This document shows positions 1-9,048 of a DNA stretch of 64,000 nucleotides, in pieces. The stretch's first letter is position 1, and every line of letters starts with the position of its first letter. The position numbers and the translations under genes are program-made. Source of the DNA: an uncultured delta proteobacterium (GTDB lineage Bacteria; Desulfobacterota; BSN033; UBA1163). Where the stretch lies: NCBI GenBank assembly GCA_963708295.1, contig CAVPSJ010000011.1:64001-128000 (forward strand), given 5' to 3'. The notes beneath the pieces were generated by a model. It made no database searches. It was not told the origin of the DNA and saw only the letters and a list, made by a program, of their open reading frames with translations.

Positions 1-33
1 CTCGGGAACAGGGAAGAAGCCAAGAAGAAGTAA
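1..33 (+). CDS. 3' end of an upstream gene (possibly NrdR, from synteny with ribD)
   Basis: Frame 1 reads LGNREEAKKK*. nrdR commonly precedes ribD, but the identity cannot be verified from 10 codons. Confidence 0.3.
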   Translation, partial: LGNREEAKKK

Positions 34-90
34 TCTGGGTATGCGAAGCCCAAATTCCTTCCCACCGCAGACAAACACCACCAAGGGTTT

Positions 91-350
91 GAAGTCCAAA
101 TGTCAAAAACTCCCGCTAACCCGGGACCAAATGGATGTCAAAGTCCTAAATCCAAACCGTTTTTGATCGGAACGTGCCTCGTCCCGCCAAAGCGGGATAG
201 GTGGGGCCAAGGGGCACCCTATGAACGAAATTTACTTTGCTCGCATCCGGCTCGTCATTGCGTGCCCGGGAAGCTCTGCCCTATGGGCGGGGAGCTTCAC
301 ATTTCAGCCTTGGATTTAATTTGACATTAGAGCTTCGGCATTCGACATTT
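91..350. repeat. Imperfect intergenic inverted-repeat element with embedded CCCGC-N4-GCGGG hairpins
   Basis: Left arm aagtccaaatgtcaaa...atgtcaaagtcctaaatccaaa; right arm ttggatttaatttgacatt...ttcgacattt. A homologous copy lies at about 26104-26234. Confidence 0.55.
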
Positions 351-380
351 AGGTAATCGCTCTTCTTTAAAACTTGCCTT

Positions 381-1496
381 ATGAACGATGAACAGTGGAT
401 GAAGCGAGCTCTCCGGCTTGCTGAGGCGGGGAGAGGGAAGACTTCTCCTAATCCTATGGTAGGAGCGGTTCTGGTCAAAAGAGGCAAACCGGTCGGAGAA
501 GGGTACCATGCAAGGGCAGGAGAGGCTCATGCAGAGATTGTTGCGCTTCGGCAGGCAGGGAAGAAAGCCCGTGGAGCAGTGCTTTACGTTAACCTTGAAC
601 CCTGCACGCATTACGGCAGGACTCCTCCCTGTGTTCCCGAGGTCATTAAAGCGGGCGTGAAGGGAGTCGTCATCGGCATGGAGGATCCTAACCCGGTCGT
701 CAATGGGAAAGGGATTGAAGCCCTAAGGAAATTCGGTCTTGAGGTTGATGTTGGGGTTTTGGAAAAGGAGTGCCGCAGGCTCAATGAGGCCTTTTGTAAA
801 TATATCCTGCAAAGAGAACCTTTTGTTATACTGAAGGTCGCTGCGACTCTGGACGGTAAGATAGCCACACGAGATGGCGATTCCAAATGGATTTCAGGGG
901 AAACCTCACGACGTTTTGTACATAAGATGAGAGGCCAGGTCGATGGAGTACTCGTTGGCATCGGAACGATATTACAGGATGACCCGTTGCTTACGGCCCG
1001 GAGGAAGCTAGGAAGGGAGCCTTATCGAATTGTTCTGGACAGCCGATTGAAGATTCCGGAGAAAGCTAGGGTGTTTGAACATTCTCCCTCGGAAGTTATC
1101 CTTGCGACCACCCAAACAGCTTCCCGTGAAAAAATCGAGAGACTGGAGAAGAGAGGGGTTCGGGTGCTCATCCTCGATTCCAAAGAGGGGCGAGTGGATT
1201 TACGGTCATGTCTCACCAAGCTGGGGGAAATCGGGGTGATGAACCTTTTGGTGGAAGGAGGGAGCCAAATCAATGGCTCGTTTCTCGACGAAGGTTTAAT
1301 CGACAAATTCCTCCTCTTTCTCTCTCCGAGATTGATGGGTGATCCACAGGCTATTGGGATCTTTAGTGGGAGAGGGGTATCCAACCTCAAGGAGGCAGTT
1401 GCCGTAAAAGAAATCAACATCAAGAGAACAGGGGAGGATATATTTGTAGAAGGCTATTTGGAGTGGGGAGCGAGGTCATGTTTACCGGAATCATAG
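381..1496 (+). CDS. ribD: Bifunctional diaminohydroxyphosphoribosylaminopyrimidine deaminase/reductase
   Basis: PNPMVGAV, HAE and LEPCTHYGRTPPC deaminase motifs; SKWISG and LLVEGG reductase motifs. Confidence 0.97.
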   Translation: MNDEQWMKRALRLAEAGRGKTSPNPMVGAVLVKRGKPVGEGYHARAGEAHAEIVALRQAGKKARGAVLYVNLEPCTHYGRTPPCVPEVIKAGVKGVVIGMEDPNPVVNGKGIEALRKFGLEVDVGVLEKECRRLNEAFCKYILQREPFVILKVAATLDGKIATRDGDSKWISGETSRRFVHKMRGQVDGVLVGIGTILQDDPLLTARRKLGREPYRIVLDSRLKIPEKARVFEHSPSEVILATTQTASREKIERLEKRGVRVLILDSKEGRVDLRSCLTKLGEIGVMNLLVEGGSQINGSFLDEGLIDKFLLFLSPRLMGDPQAIGIFSGRGVSNLKEAVAVKEINIKRTGEDIFVEGYLEWGARSCLPES

Positions 1497-2131
1497 AAGA
1501 TACAGGGAGAGTTTCGAGGATAGAGCACAGAGGACAAGGAATGAGGTTAATCCTTGAATTGCCACCTCATTTGACAGAAGTGCAACTTGGTGATAGTATT
1601 AATGTAAATGGTGTTTGTCTCACAGTTGTCCGGGAAAAAGGACAAGAAATTGAACTTGATCTGTCTCTGGAGACTCTTCAAAAAACTGCGTTGAGGGAAC
1701 TGAAGGAACGAGACCAGGTTAATTTGGAAAGAGCCTTAAGGTTGACGGATCGACTGGGGGGACATATCGTTACGGGCCATGTGGATGGAATCGGGGATAT
1801 TGTAGAGAGGAATGAGGAAAGAGATTTTCTTCGGTTGACCATAAGAATTCCCGAATCCGTGTCAAGATATGTTGTGCAAAAAGGATCCATCACTATCGAT
1901 GGAATCAGCCTAACGGTAAATGAATATCGGGGAGGGGAAATCGAGGTAACCCTGATTCCTTATACGATCGAAAAGACCACTCTCAGGCAAAAAAGGGCCG
2001 GAGACCGGGTCAATTTGGAAGGCGATATTTTGGGGAAATATGTAGAAAAATTCATGGACCGTGGAGATCGAAGACCCGAACAAGTCGACCTGACTTTTCT
2101 AAAGGAACACGGTTTCATCAAGAGGGATTGA
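1478..2131 (+). CDS. ribE: Riboflavin synthase (alpha chain)
   Basis: MFTGII start at ATG 1478; GDSINVNGVCLT; RLGGHIVTGHVDG. Confidence 0.97.
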   Translation: MFTGIIEDTGRVSRIEHRGQGMRLILELPPHLTEVQLGDSINVNGVCLTVVREKGQEIELDLSLETLQKTALRELKERDQVNLERALRLTDRLGGHIVTGHVDGIGDIVERNEERDFLRLTIRIPESVSRYVVQKGSITIDGISLTVNEYRGGEIEVTLIPYTIEKTTLRQKRAGDRVNLEGDILGKYVEKFMDRGDRRPEQVDLTFLKEHGFIKRD

Positions 2132-2140
2132 GAGGTTCAA

Positions 2141-3352
2141 ATGATTCATAGAATCGAAGCAGCTCTGGAAGACATCCGGCAAGGGAAAATGGTCATCCTG
2201 GTTGATGACGAAGATCGAGAAAATGAAGGCGATCTTACCATGGCCGCCGAGAAGGTGACGCCCGAAGCCATCAATTTTATGGCAAAATACGGACGCGGAC
2301 TTATTTGTCTTTCATTGACGGACGAGAGACTCGACCAGCTCCGCCTCCCCATGATGGTCTCTGAGAATACGTCACGATTTCAGACCGCTTTCACCGTTTC
2401 CATCGATGCCCGAAAGGGGGTGAGCACTGGTATTTCAGCCATTGACCGGGCAACCACAATTTTGACTGCCGTGAATGAAAACAGCCAACCCGAAGACTTG
2501 GTCTCTCCCGGACATATATTTCCGCTAAGAGCGAAGCCGGGGGGAGTGTTGGTCCGAACGGGTCAGACAGAAGGATCGGTCGATCTGGCTAGGTTAGCGG
2601 GGCTGAGGCCGGCCGGAGTAATCTGCGAAATCATGAAGGATGATGGGACGATGGCAAGGATGCCTGATCTCCAGATCTTTGCAGAGGAATTTGGGCTAAA
2701 GATTGTGACCATTGCCGATTTGATCAAGTATCGCCTCAATAAAGAGTCCTTAGTCCGAAGGATTGCGACGGCTACCCTTCCGACGAAATACGGCGGTGTA
2801 TTTACGGCCATCGCTTATGAGAATGATGTGGATCCTTATCACCATATCGCCCTGGTTAAAGGAGAGATCGGGCCAGAAGACACCGTCTTGGTAAGGGTTC
2901 ATTCTCAATGTTTGACCGGCGATGTATTTGGATCGAGGCGATGCGACTGTCAGGAACAGCTTCATACAGCGATGGCGATGGCAGAAAAGGAAGGAAAGGG
3001 TGTCATCGTCTATATGAGGCAGGAAGGAAGGGGAATCGGATTGGTCAATAAACTGAGAGCCTATTGTCTTCAAGATGCGGGGAAGGATACTGTGGAGGCG
3101 AATGAGGCATTGGGGTTTAAAGCCGACATGAGGGATTATGGAATCGGGGCCCAGATTCTGGCGGATCTTGGTCTTCATAGAATTCGCCTGATGACCAACA
3201 ATCCTCGAAAGATCATCGGTCTGGAGGGATATGGAATTAAGGTGGTCGAGAGGGTTTCTATCGAGACAAAGCCCCTTCAAGAGAATATTGAATATCTCAA
3301 GGCCAAGGTAAAAAAGATGGGGCACCTGCTCTCCATCAAATCGGGAGAATAA
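2141..3352 (+). CDS. ribBA: Bifunctional DHBP synthase / GTP cyclohydrolase II
   Basis: [10 protein letters not shown]; [19 protein letters not shown]; QEGRGIGL; MTNNP. Confidence 0.97.
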   Translation: MIHRIEAALEDIRQGKMVILVDDEDRENEGDLTMAAEKVTPEAINFMAKYGRGLICLSLTDERLDQLRLPMMVSENTSRFQTAFTVSIDARKGVSTGISAIDRATTILTAVNENSQPEDLVSPGHIFPLRAKPGGVLVRTGQTEGSVDLARLAGLRPAGVICEIMKDDGTMARMPDLQIFAEEFGLKIVTIADLIKYRLNKESLVRRIATATLPTKYGGVFTAIAYENDVDPYHHIALVKGEIGPEDTVLVRVHSQCLTGDVFGSRRCDCQEQLHTAMAMAEKEGKGVIVYMRQEGRGIGLVNKLRAYCLQDAGKDTVEANEALGFKADMRDYGIGAQILADLGLHRIRLMTNNPRKIIGLEGYGIKVVERVSIETKPLQENIEYLKAKVKKMGHLLSIKSGE

Positions 3353-3436
3353 TAGGATCGTGTTAGTAAATCGCCCCGATAAATCGTGAGTCATAAGACA
3401 TGAACCCCGGGACACGAGCAAGGAAAGGAGAATAAG

Positions 3437-3916
3437 ATGGTGAAGACCTTCGAAGGCAAACTGATGGCCAAGGGACTCAAGTTCGGCATTGTGTTGAGCC
3501 GGTTCAATGACTTTATCGGCGAGCGACTTCTGGAAGGGGCGATGGATGCGCTTCGGCGAAGTGGCGTGGAGGAGGAGGATTGTGCGGTGGCCCGGGTTCC
3601 AGGGGCCTTTGAAATCCCTCTTGCTACCAAAAAGATGGCTAAGAGCGGCCGATACGACGCCGTCATTTGCTTAGGCGCTGTGATTCGGGGAGCCACTCCT
3701 CATTTTGTCTATGTTGCGAATGAAGTCACCAAGGGAATTGCCAGCCTCACCTTGGAAAGTGAGATTCCCATTTCCTTTGGGGTACTGATTACCGATACGA
3801 TCGAACAGGCGATTGAAAGGGCCGGGACGAAAGTTGGGAATAAAGGTTTTGACGCGGCGATGTCAGCCATTGAAATGGCCAATCTCATGAAAGAGATAGG
3901 AAAGGGCAAAGGATAA
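3437..3916 (+). CDS. ribH: 6,7-dimethyl-8-ribityllumazine synthase
   Basis: [23 protein letters not shown] motifs; AAGGAG SD upstream. Confidence 0.97.
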   Translation: MVKTFEGKLMAKGLKFGIVLSRFNDFIGERLLEGAMDALRRSGVEEEDCAVARVPGAFEIPLATKKMAKSGRYDAVICLGAVIRGATPHFVYVANEVTKGIASLTLESEIPISFGVLITDTIEQAIERAGTKVGNKGFDAAMSAIEMANLMKEIGKGKG

Positions 3917-3917
3917 T

Positions 3918-4358
3918 TTGGGGAGGAGAAGAAAATCGAGGGAGTCTGCCCTCCAAGTTCTTTATCAATTGAATATTACAAAGCAAGATGCCACGACTGC
4001 CCTCACACGATTCCAGGAGAATTTTTTATCTCAGGGAGAACCTGATGATTTCTTAAAGCGTCTCGTTCTGGGCGTTTTAGAACACTTTCCACAATTGGAC
4101 CGGATGATCGAACAATACTCGGAAAACTGGCGTTTAGATCGTATCAACCTGATCGACCGGAATATCCTCCGCATCGCTCTCTTTGAACTTCTCTACTGTG
4201 AAGAGATTCCTCCGAAAGTGACTATCAACGAAGCAATCGACCTCGGAAAGCGATTCGGATCAGAGGACTCTGGAAGTTTCATCAATGGGATTTTGGACCG
4301 AATCCAGAATGAAGCCGTCAAGAAGCCCATCCAACCAAAGTACTCCGGAGGAGGATAG
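3918..4358 (+). CDS. nusB: Transcription antitermination factor NusB
   Basis: RRKSRE N-terminus, IDRNILR, INEAIDLGKRFG, FINGILD; TTG start; follows ribH. Confidence 0.95.
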   Translation: MGRRRKSRESALQVLYQLNITKQDATTALTRFQENFLSQGEPDDFLKRLVLGVLEHFPQLDRMIEQYSENWRLDRINLIDRNILRIALFELLYCEEIPPKVTINEAIDLGKRFGSEDSGSFINGILDRIQNEAVKKPIQPKYSGGG

Positions 4359-4362
4359 GGGG

Positions 4363-4534
4363 CAACGACCCAGTTTCAAGAACCGATGACCGAATAATGG
4401 CCAAAATCACAATGACCAAGATTAGGTCCGCTTACGTCTTCTCTCGCTCCCAGGGATAGGGTAGACGGGGGTGGTTATTGGGCGTTCGGCACTTGGAGTT
4501 TATTCGGGATTCAGAATATTGAATGTTGGAATTT
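4363..4534. repeat. Degenerate intergenic inverted-repeat element
   Basis: A/C-rich left arm (caagaaccgatgaccgaataatggccaaaatcacaatgaccaa) and G/T-rich right arm (ggttattgggcgttcggcacttggagtttattcgggattcagaatattgaatgttggaattt). Confidence 0.4.
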
Positions 4535-4540
4535 ATTAAA

Positions 4541-5149
4541 ATGGATATCATTCTTTCCAAAGAGCGGGTTGATGCTCAAGAATGCGATCTCCTTGTGGTG
4601 GGCTTTTTTAGGGACGAGAGGCCTCTTAAGGGATCCAGTGGTTGGATCGATTGGAGGTTTAATGGAATGTTGTCTCAACTCTTGGTTGAGAATAAGTTGA
4701 CCGGTGACTGGAAGGAAGCGACCCTCATCCCTTCACAAGAGAGAATCCTTCCCAGAATGATTCTTCTTCTCGGCTTAGGTGAAGTAAAAACATACGGGGC
4801 CCTTCGTCTGCGTCAACTCTTTCCCTATCTCCTTGACACTCTCAGGAAACTGCGTTGGCCAAATATCTGCCTTTCATTTCCTTACGGAGAGAGTTACCAA
4901 GTGGATAGTAGAAAAATCGCGGAGAGTCTCATCGAGGGGATGGCAAACGATCTAGGCCGTCAAGAAAGCCATCTGGAAGAGGAATGGGCCAGGAGACTCC
5001 GACTTTTTTTTGCTGAAGGAGAAGAGGTTTTTCCGGAAATCCTATCAGGAGTTCAAACTGCCAAGTCCATCTTCGGAGACCGGATTCAAATAAGGATTTC
5101 CGCCCCCTCAGACGGTAATTTCCCTCATAATACTGAGAGCAGAACCTAG
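4541..5149 (+). CDS. Stand-alone peptidase M17 (leucyl aminopeptidase) N-terminal-like domain protein
   Basis: DLLVVGFFRDERPLKG..DWRFNG..LTG..LLLGLG pattern; no catalytic M17 domain follows. Confidence 0.7.
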   Translation: MDIILSKERVDAQECDLLVVGFFRDERPLKGSSGWIDWRFNGMLSQLLVENKLTGDWKEATLIPSQERILPRMILLLGLGEVKTYGALRLRQLFPYLLDTLRKLRWPNICLSFPYGESYQVDSRKIAESLIEGMANDLGRQESHLEEEWARRLRLFFAEGEEVFPEILSGVQTAKSIFGDRIQIRISAPSDGNFPHNTESRT

Positions 5150-5666
5150 CGCCCTCTTTCCGTTTTCACTCTTCGTAACCGCGTAGCCATCGCGACTGAG
5201 CAAAGCGTTGTACCGGGGGCACAACGCACAGTTTTTTGTACAGGAGGTGAATGTTTTTGACAGGGGGTCTGGGATAAGCTAAGAAAAATGATACCAAAAC
5301 CATTCCTCTCACGTCGATTCTCCCTGGGATCACGTCAAATTCTATGATCCACATCGCTAAGGCAAAAAAAGGAGGAACGATTTATCCGTGATGAACCCTA
5401 GGGCGCCCGAGAAGCCTTTTTTAGACGGAAAGCCGAAGAGCTAAGCACCCTTCGCGAAACGAGCGATTCGCATCATTGTTGATACGAGACGGAGTTCGTG
5501 ACAAAAGCACCTCAGGCGGCTTTTTTTCGATACCGTGAAAAGCCAAAACTCAGAATAGACGGGTGGCTGGAGGATCTCTGAGAAACAACTTTCGGAATCC
5601 GGGATGCGGATTTTCAATTTTACAGGGTTTGTTCCGCATTTCTTCAATTTTCGATTCGTGACCAAG

Positions 5667-6170
5667 ATGCACATCATCATTGATGGCTACAATTTGCTTC
5701 ATGCGGACCGTTCGCTGACCAACGTCAATTCTATTGACCTTCAACGGGAACGAGAGCGTCTTATTGACCGACTTTCCACTTATCAAAAAATGAGGGCCTG
5801 CGGTTTGACGGTCGTTTTCGATGGGTGGCAGGAGGGCTGGGGCACGGAAACCAGGGAAAGGAAAAAGGGGATTGAAGTCGTCTTCTCCAAGTTAGGTGAA
5901 AAGGCGGATGAAGTCATTAAACGACTCGCCAAAGAAAGGGGCTCCGGCACTGTCGTGATCACTTCAGATCGAGAGGTCGCAAGGTTTGTCCAGAGGATGG
6001 ATGTTGCCGTTATTCCCTCTGAGCAATTTCGAGAGAGGCTGGAGAAAACATCTTCTCGCTCGATTGAAGAGAGCCTTGAAGAAGAAGAGAGTGGAACAAA
6101 GAAAAAGGGGCCAGCAAGAAGACTTTCAAAGAAAGAGAAAAGGGCCAGAGCAGCCTCGAAAAAGCTTTAG
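5667..6170 (+). CDS. NYN-domain (YacP/Rae1-like) ribonuclease
   Basis: IIIDGYNL, VVFDG, ADEVI and VITSDRE motifs; start placed at ATG 5667. Confidence 0.88.
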   Translation: MHIIIDGYNLLHADRSLTNVNSIDLQRERERLIDRLSTYQKMRACGLTVVFDGWQEGWGTETRERKKGIEVVFSKLGEKADEVIKRLAKERGSGTVVITSDREVARFVQRMDVAVIPSEQFRERLEKTSSRSIEESLEEEESGTKKKGPARRLSKKEKRARAASKKL

Positions 6171-6202
6171 TCCACCTGTGCTCAAGAAGCTAATTTTATC
6201 GT

Positions 6203-6838
6203 TCACTCTGGAATCCGAAACTCATTTGGCTTTCCCCATTTACTCTCTGTTCCCTGCAGAAGTCTGGAGATATTGGATTGGTGCCGGTAGAGGATGACGG
6301 CGGCAATAATCACGCTCGCGATGAAATAGGCCTGAGATTCGTCTCTAAAAAAGGCGATCAAAATGGGGATTGTTATTGCACAAGCGACGGATGCGAGTGA
6401 AATGTACCGCCATTTCCATACGATCGCCGCAAAGACCAACAATTCGACGAGGACGGGGATCGTCGATATCGGAAGGTAAAAACCCAAGGAAGTGGCAACC
6501 CCCTTTCCGCCTTTAAACCCGAGAAAAATTGAGAAGACGTGGCCGAGAAACGAACTCAACCCTGCAAAGGCTATCCAGACGTGTCGCGAAAGGCCCCATT
6601 CATCCGCAGGAACCAGATACATTGCGAGTATGGTGGGGATCGCCCCCTTTAACATATCTCCGACCAAGGTCAATATGCCCAATGTCTTTCCTGCCGTCCG
6701 AAAGATATTGGTTGCGCCGATATTTTTGCTTCCCGTTTTTCTTGGGTCGACTCTGGAAAAGAGTTTAGCAAGAATCACTCCGGTCGGGATCGAACCCAAA
6801 AGATAACCAAAGAGGGCAATAAAAATTCCGATGGGCAT
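6203..6838 (-). CDS. plsY: Glycerol-3-phosphate acyltransferase PlsY
   Basis: YLLGSIP, GSKNIGATN, FKGGKGVAT, RHQSNISRL. Confidence 0.96.
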   Translation of the reverse strand: MPIGIFIALFGYLLGSIPTGVILAKLFSRVDPRKTGSKNIGATNIFRTAGKTLGILTLVGDMLKGAIPTILAMYLVPADEWGLSRHVWIAFAGLSSFLGHVFSIFLGFKGGKGVATSLGFYLPISTIPVLVELLVFAAIVWKWRYISLASVACAITIPILIAFFRDESQAYFIASVIIAAVILYRHQSNISRLLQGTESKWGKPNEFRIPE

Positions 6839-6847
6839 GGAAAAACC

Positions 6848-7033
6848 TCACGTCAATAAGACTGCTCTTCTTCTCCAGTTTACCAGGAAAATTCCCGCGG
6901 AAACCAGAAACGCAAAGACCGGTGATACGCCTTGATACGAAATCTTGATGGCAGGATGCTTAAAACCCCAAAGCGAAGTCACGATGATCAGGATAACAAC
7001 GGCTTTAATGTCTAAATAATCCTTGGTGTCCAT
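6848..7033 (-). pseudogene. Internally deleted EamA/DMT transporter remnant
   Basis: N-terminal DMT helix (SLWGFKHPAIKIS..GVSP) joined directly to a C-terminal-like LVSAGIFLVN; only 61 aa. Confidence 0.6.
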
Positions 7034-7235
7034 TCCTGATGCTTTTTACCCTAAAATGATCGTTTTTGCAATATCTTTCGACTCTCCTATTTGACCTCAA
7101 GACGATCGTCCTTCGAAAGTTCGCCTTTTGTCCGAGAAATCGCCACGGGAAGGAACATCGGCTTCTGAAGGGAAGGAAGAGGTGTCCTACAGAATAAGGC
7201 AAAGGATAAAGAATCGTGTGACTTATTGAAATCAT

Positions 7236-7312
7236 TGGTCGGGGAGAGGAGATTTGAACTCCCGACTTCTTGGTCCCGAACCAAGCGCGCTACCAGGCTG
7301 CGCTACTCCCCG
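7236..7312 (-). tRNA. tRNA-Pro(CGG)
   Basis: Reverse complement CGGGGAGTAGCGCAGCCTGGTAGCGCGCTTGGTT-CGG-GACCAAGAAGTCGGGAGTTCAAATCTCCTCTCCCCGACCA: cloverleaf, 77 nt, encoded CCA. Confidence 0.97.
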
Positions 7313-7657
7313 AATCTCTTCAAAAATCATCTGCCGCCGGGCCGGCCTACCGCGGACATTCATCATCCGCGAATCATGCCGTTGAAGTATCAAACGGCAA
7401 AACCTACCCCTACTAAAATACAAGATTCTTGTGAAATTGTCCAGCCTTTTTGCCTCGCTACGGGAATCTTGTCTTAGTGGATGGATCATGTTAAAATTAA
7501 TTTGTCGTTTTTTTGATCAGAAAAAAAACATTTTTTTAACGCGATCATCCTGGAAATGCTTTCGAGGTGAAATTTCATGGGTGAGAGGGAAGCCTTCCGG
7601 TAAGAGTGAACTCCGGAGTTCGTCAATGAGAGAGTCTTATTGAGAAATGGGAAAGGA

Positions 7658-9001
7658 ATGGCAGGCGTGGGAAAGAACGGATATCAAAAGCAAGCGATGG
7701 GAATTTACCGATTCATCAGTGAGCATCTTTACTTCAACCGTCCAGACATGGTCATTAAAGGCGAACGCTTTAATTCAGCGATTCTCCTGAGCCTTCTTAC
7801 CGGGTTGAAGAAAGGAAAGGAATTGATCATCGGAGAACCAGGGCTGGGGAAAACGACCTCTGCGGAATATGTTTGTTCGCTCATCTACCAATTTCCATTA
7901 GGCGTCATCTGGGGAAGTGAGGTCTCAGGACATCCTGAACAAACGGAAGAAAAAATTATCGGCAGGCCGGATCTGGGCAAATTGAACCGAGGCGAGGAGG
8001 ATGTGGTGTGGACCAACTTTTCGCAGATTCCAGTGAAAATCGTCGATGAGATCAACCGCCTCCCAGAAACCAAGCAGAGCATGATCCTGGACGGCGTGGA
8101 TCGAGGAAATTGGGAATACCTCAACGAAATGATTATTAACGAAGAATACTGTCTCTTTGCTACTGCCAATTATCAGGATGGAGGGACCAATACCATCATT
8201 GCGCCCCTCGTGGATCGATTCGACGTCATGGTAGAGTCGAGGCACCCCGGGGCGAACCTCTCGTTTCTCGTTGGGAAAGATAAGCGAAAGGATCATATCT
8301 TGCGACATCCCAGGTATGAAAAAGACCTTTACCATGTTTTGAAATCCAAGGTCGCTTATGAAAAGAAGACGCCTAAAATTGAAGAAATTTGCAATGCCTA
8401 TGGGGAATATCTTGATGAGGCAATCGGGTTCAAGTCCTTCAAAAGAGAAGACCGTGATCAAATTCGTACAGAAATGGAGAATTTGGAGTTGGACCTCGAT
8501 GCCAGCGCCTTTACTCGAATGCTTCTAGCTGAGCTGTCTTTCTGCGACTGGTATGGGCAGAAGCGGACTGTTGAAAACTGTGAAGAGGGATGTCACTATA
8601 CGGGATATCTGTGCCGGCAGGTCAAAAACTGTGCTTCCAACCGCCTCCCTTTCTCCATTAAACAATATGCACAAGGATTGGCATGGCTGCTTGAAGACTC
8701 CGAGATCGATATCGAACATATCTCTGCGGTCCTTCCCTACACCCTAGCCCATCGGGTCCAGTGGAAAGATGAGTTCCTTTCCCAGAAGGAGAGATCGAAA
8801 AGGGATGACCCTTTTCCAATTTTTATGGCAAAAGAGGCGGTGAAAGCCGTTTCGCAGAGATATCGAGAACAGAGCGAACATCTGAAAGATGCTCTCTCAG
8901 CCGGATCGAAGATATTTCAAGGAGGAGATTTGGAGCCGCTGGAGGGGGATCATCCCATTTATATGGAAGTCAAAAAAGACATCGATGTTCGAAGAAGCTA
9001 G
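7658..9001 (+). CDS. MoxR-like AAA+ ATPase with a Cys-rich insert
   Basis: Walker A GEPGLGKT, Walker B IVDEINR, sensor ATAN, LVDRF. Start is probably ATG 7658 after AAAGGA. Confidence 0.85.
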   Translation: MAGVGKNGYQKQAMGIYRFISEHLYFNRPDMVIKGERFNSAILLSLLTGLKKGKELIIGEPGLGKTTSAEYVCSLIYQFPLGVIWGSEVSGHPEQTEEKIIGRPDLGKLNRGEEDVVWTNFSQIPVKIVDEINRLPETKQSMILDGVDRGNWEYLNEMIINEEYCLFATANYQDGGTNTIIAPLVDRFDVMVESRHPGANLSFLVGKDKRKDHILRHPRYEKDLYHVLKSKVAYEKKTPKIEEICNAYGEYLDEAIGFKSFKREDRDQIRTEMENLELDLDASAFTRMLLAELSFCDWYGQKRTVENCEEGCHYTGYLCRQVKNCASNRLPFSIKQYAQGLAWLLEDSEIDIEHISAVLPYTLAHRVQWKDEFLSQKERSKRDDPFPIFMAKEAVKAVSQRYREQSEHLKDALSAGSKIFQGGDLEPLEGDHPIYMEVKKDIDVRRS

Positions 9002-9048
9002 AGCAAAGACACTTTTTCCGGTCTGTTATTGAGGGGTTCAATCCGAAG

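Noticed and set aside
34-380. FMN riboswitch upstream of the rib operon
   Set aside because: The RFN consensus blocks (GGGCAGGGTGAAATTCCCGACCGG and CCGACAGT..AGTCTGGATG) are absent, and the spacer is explained by an inverted-repeat element.
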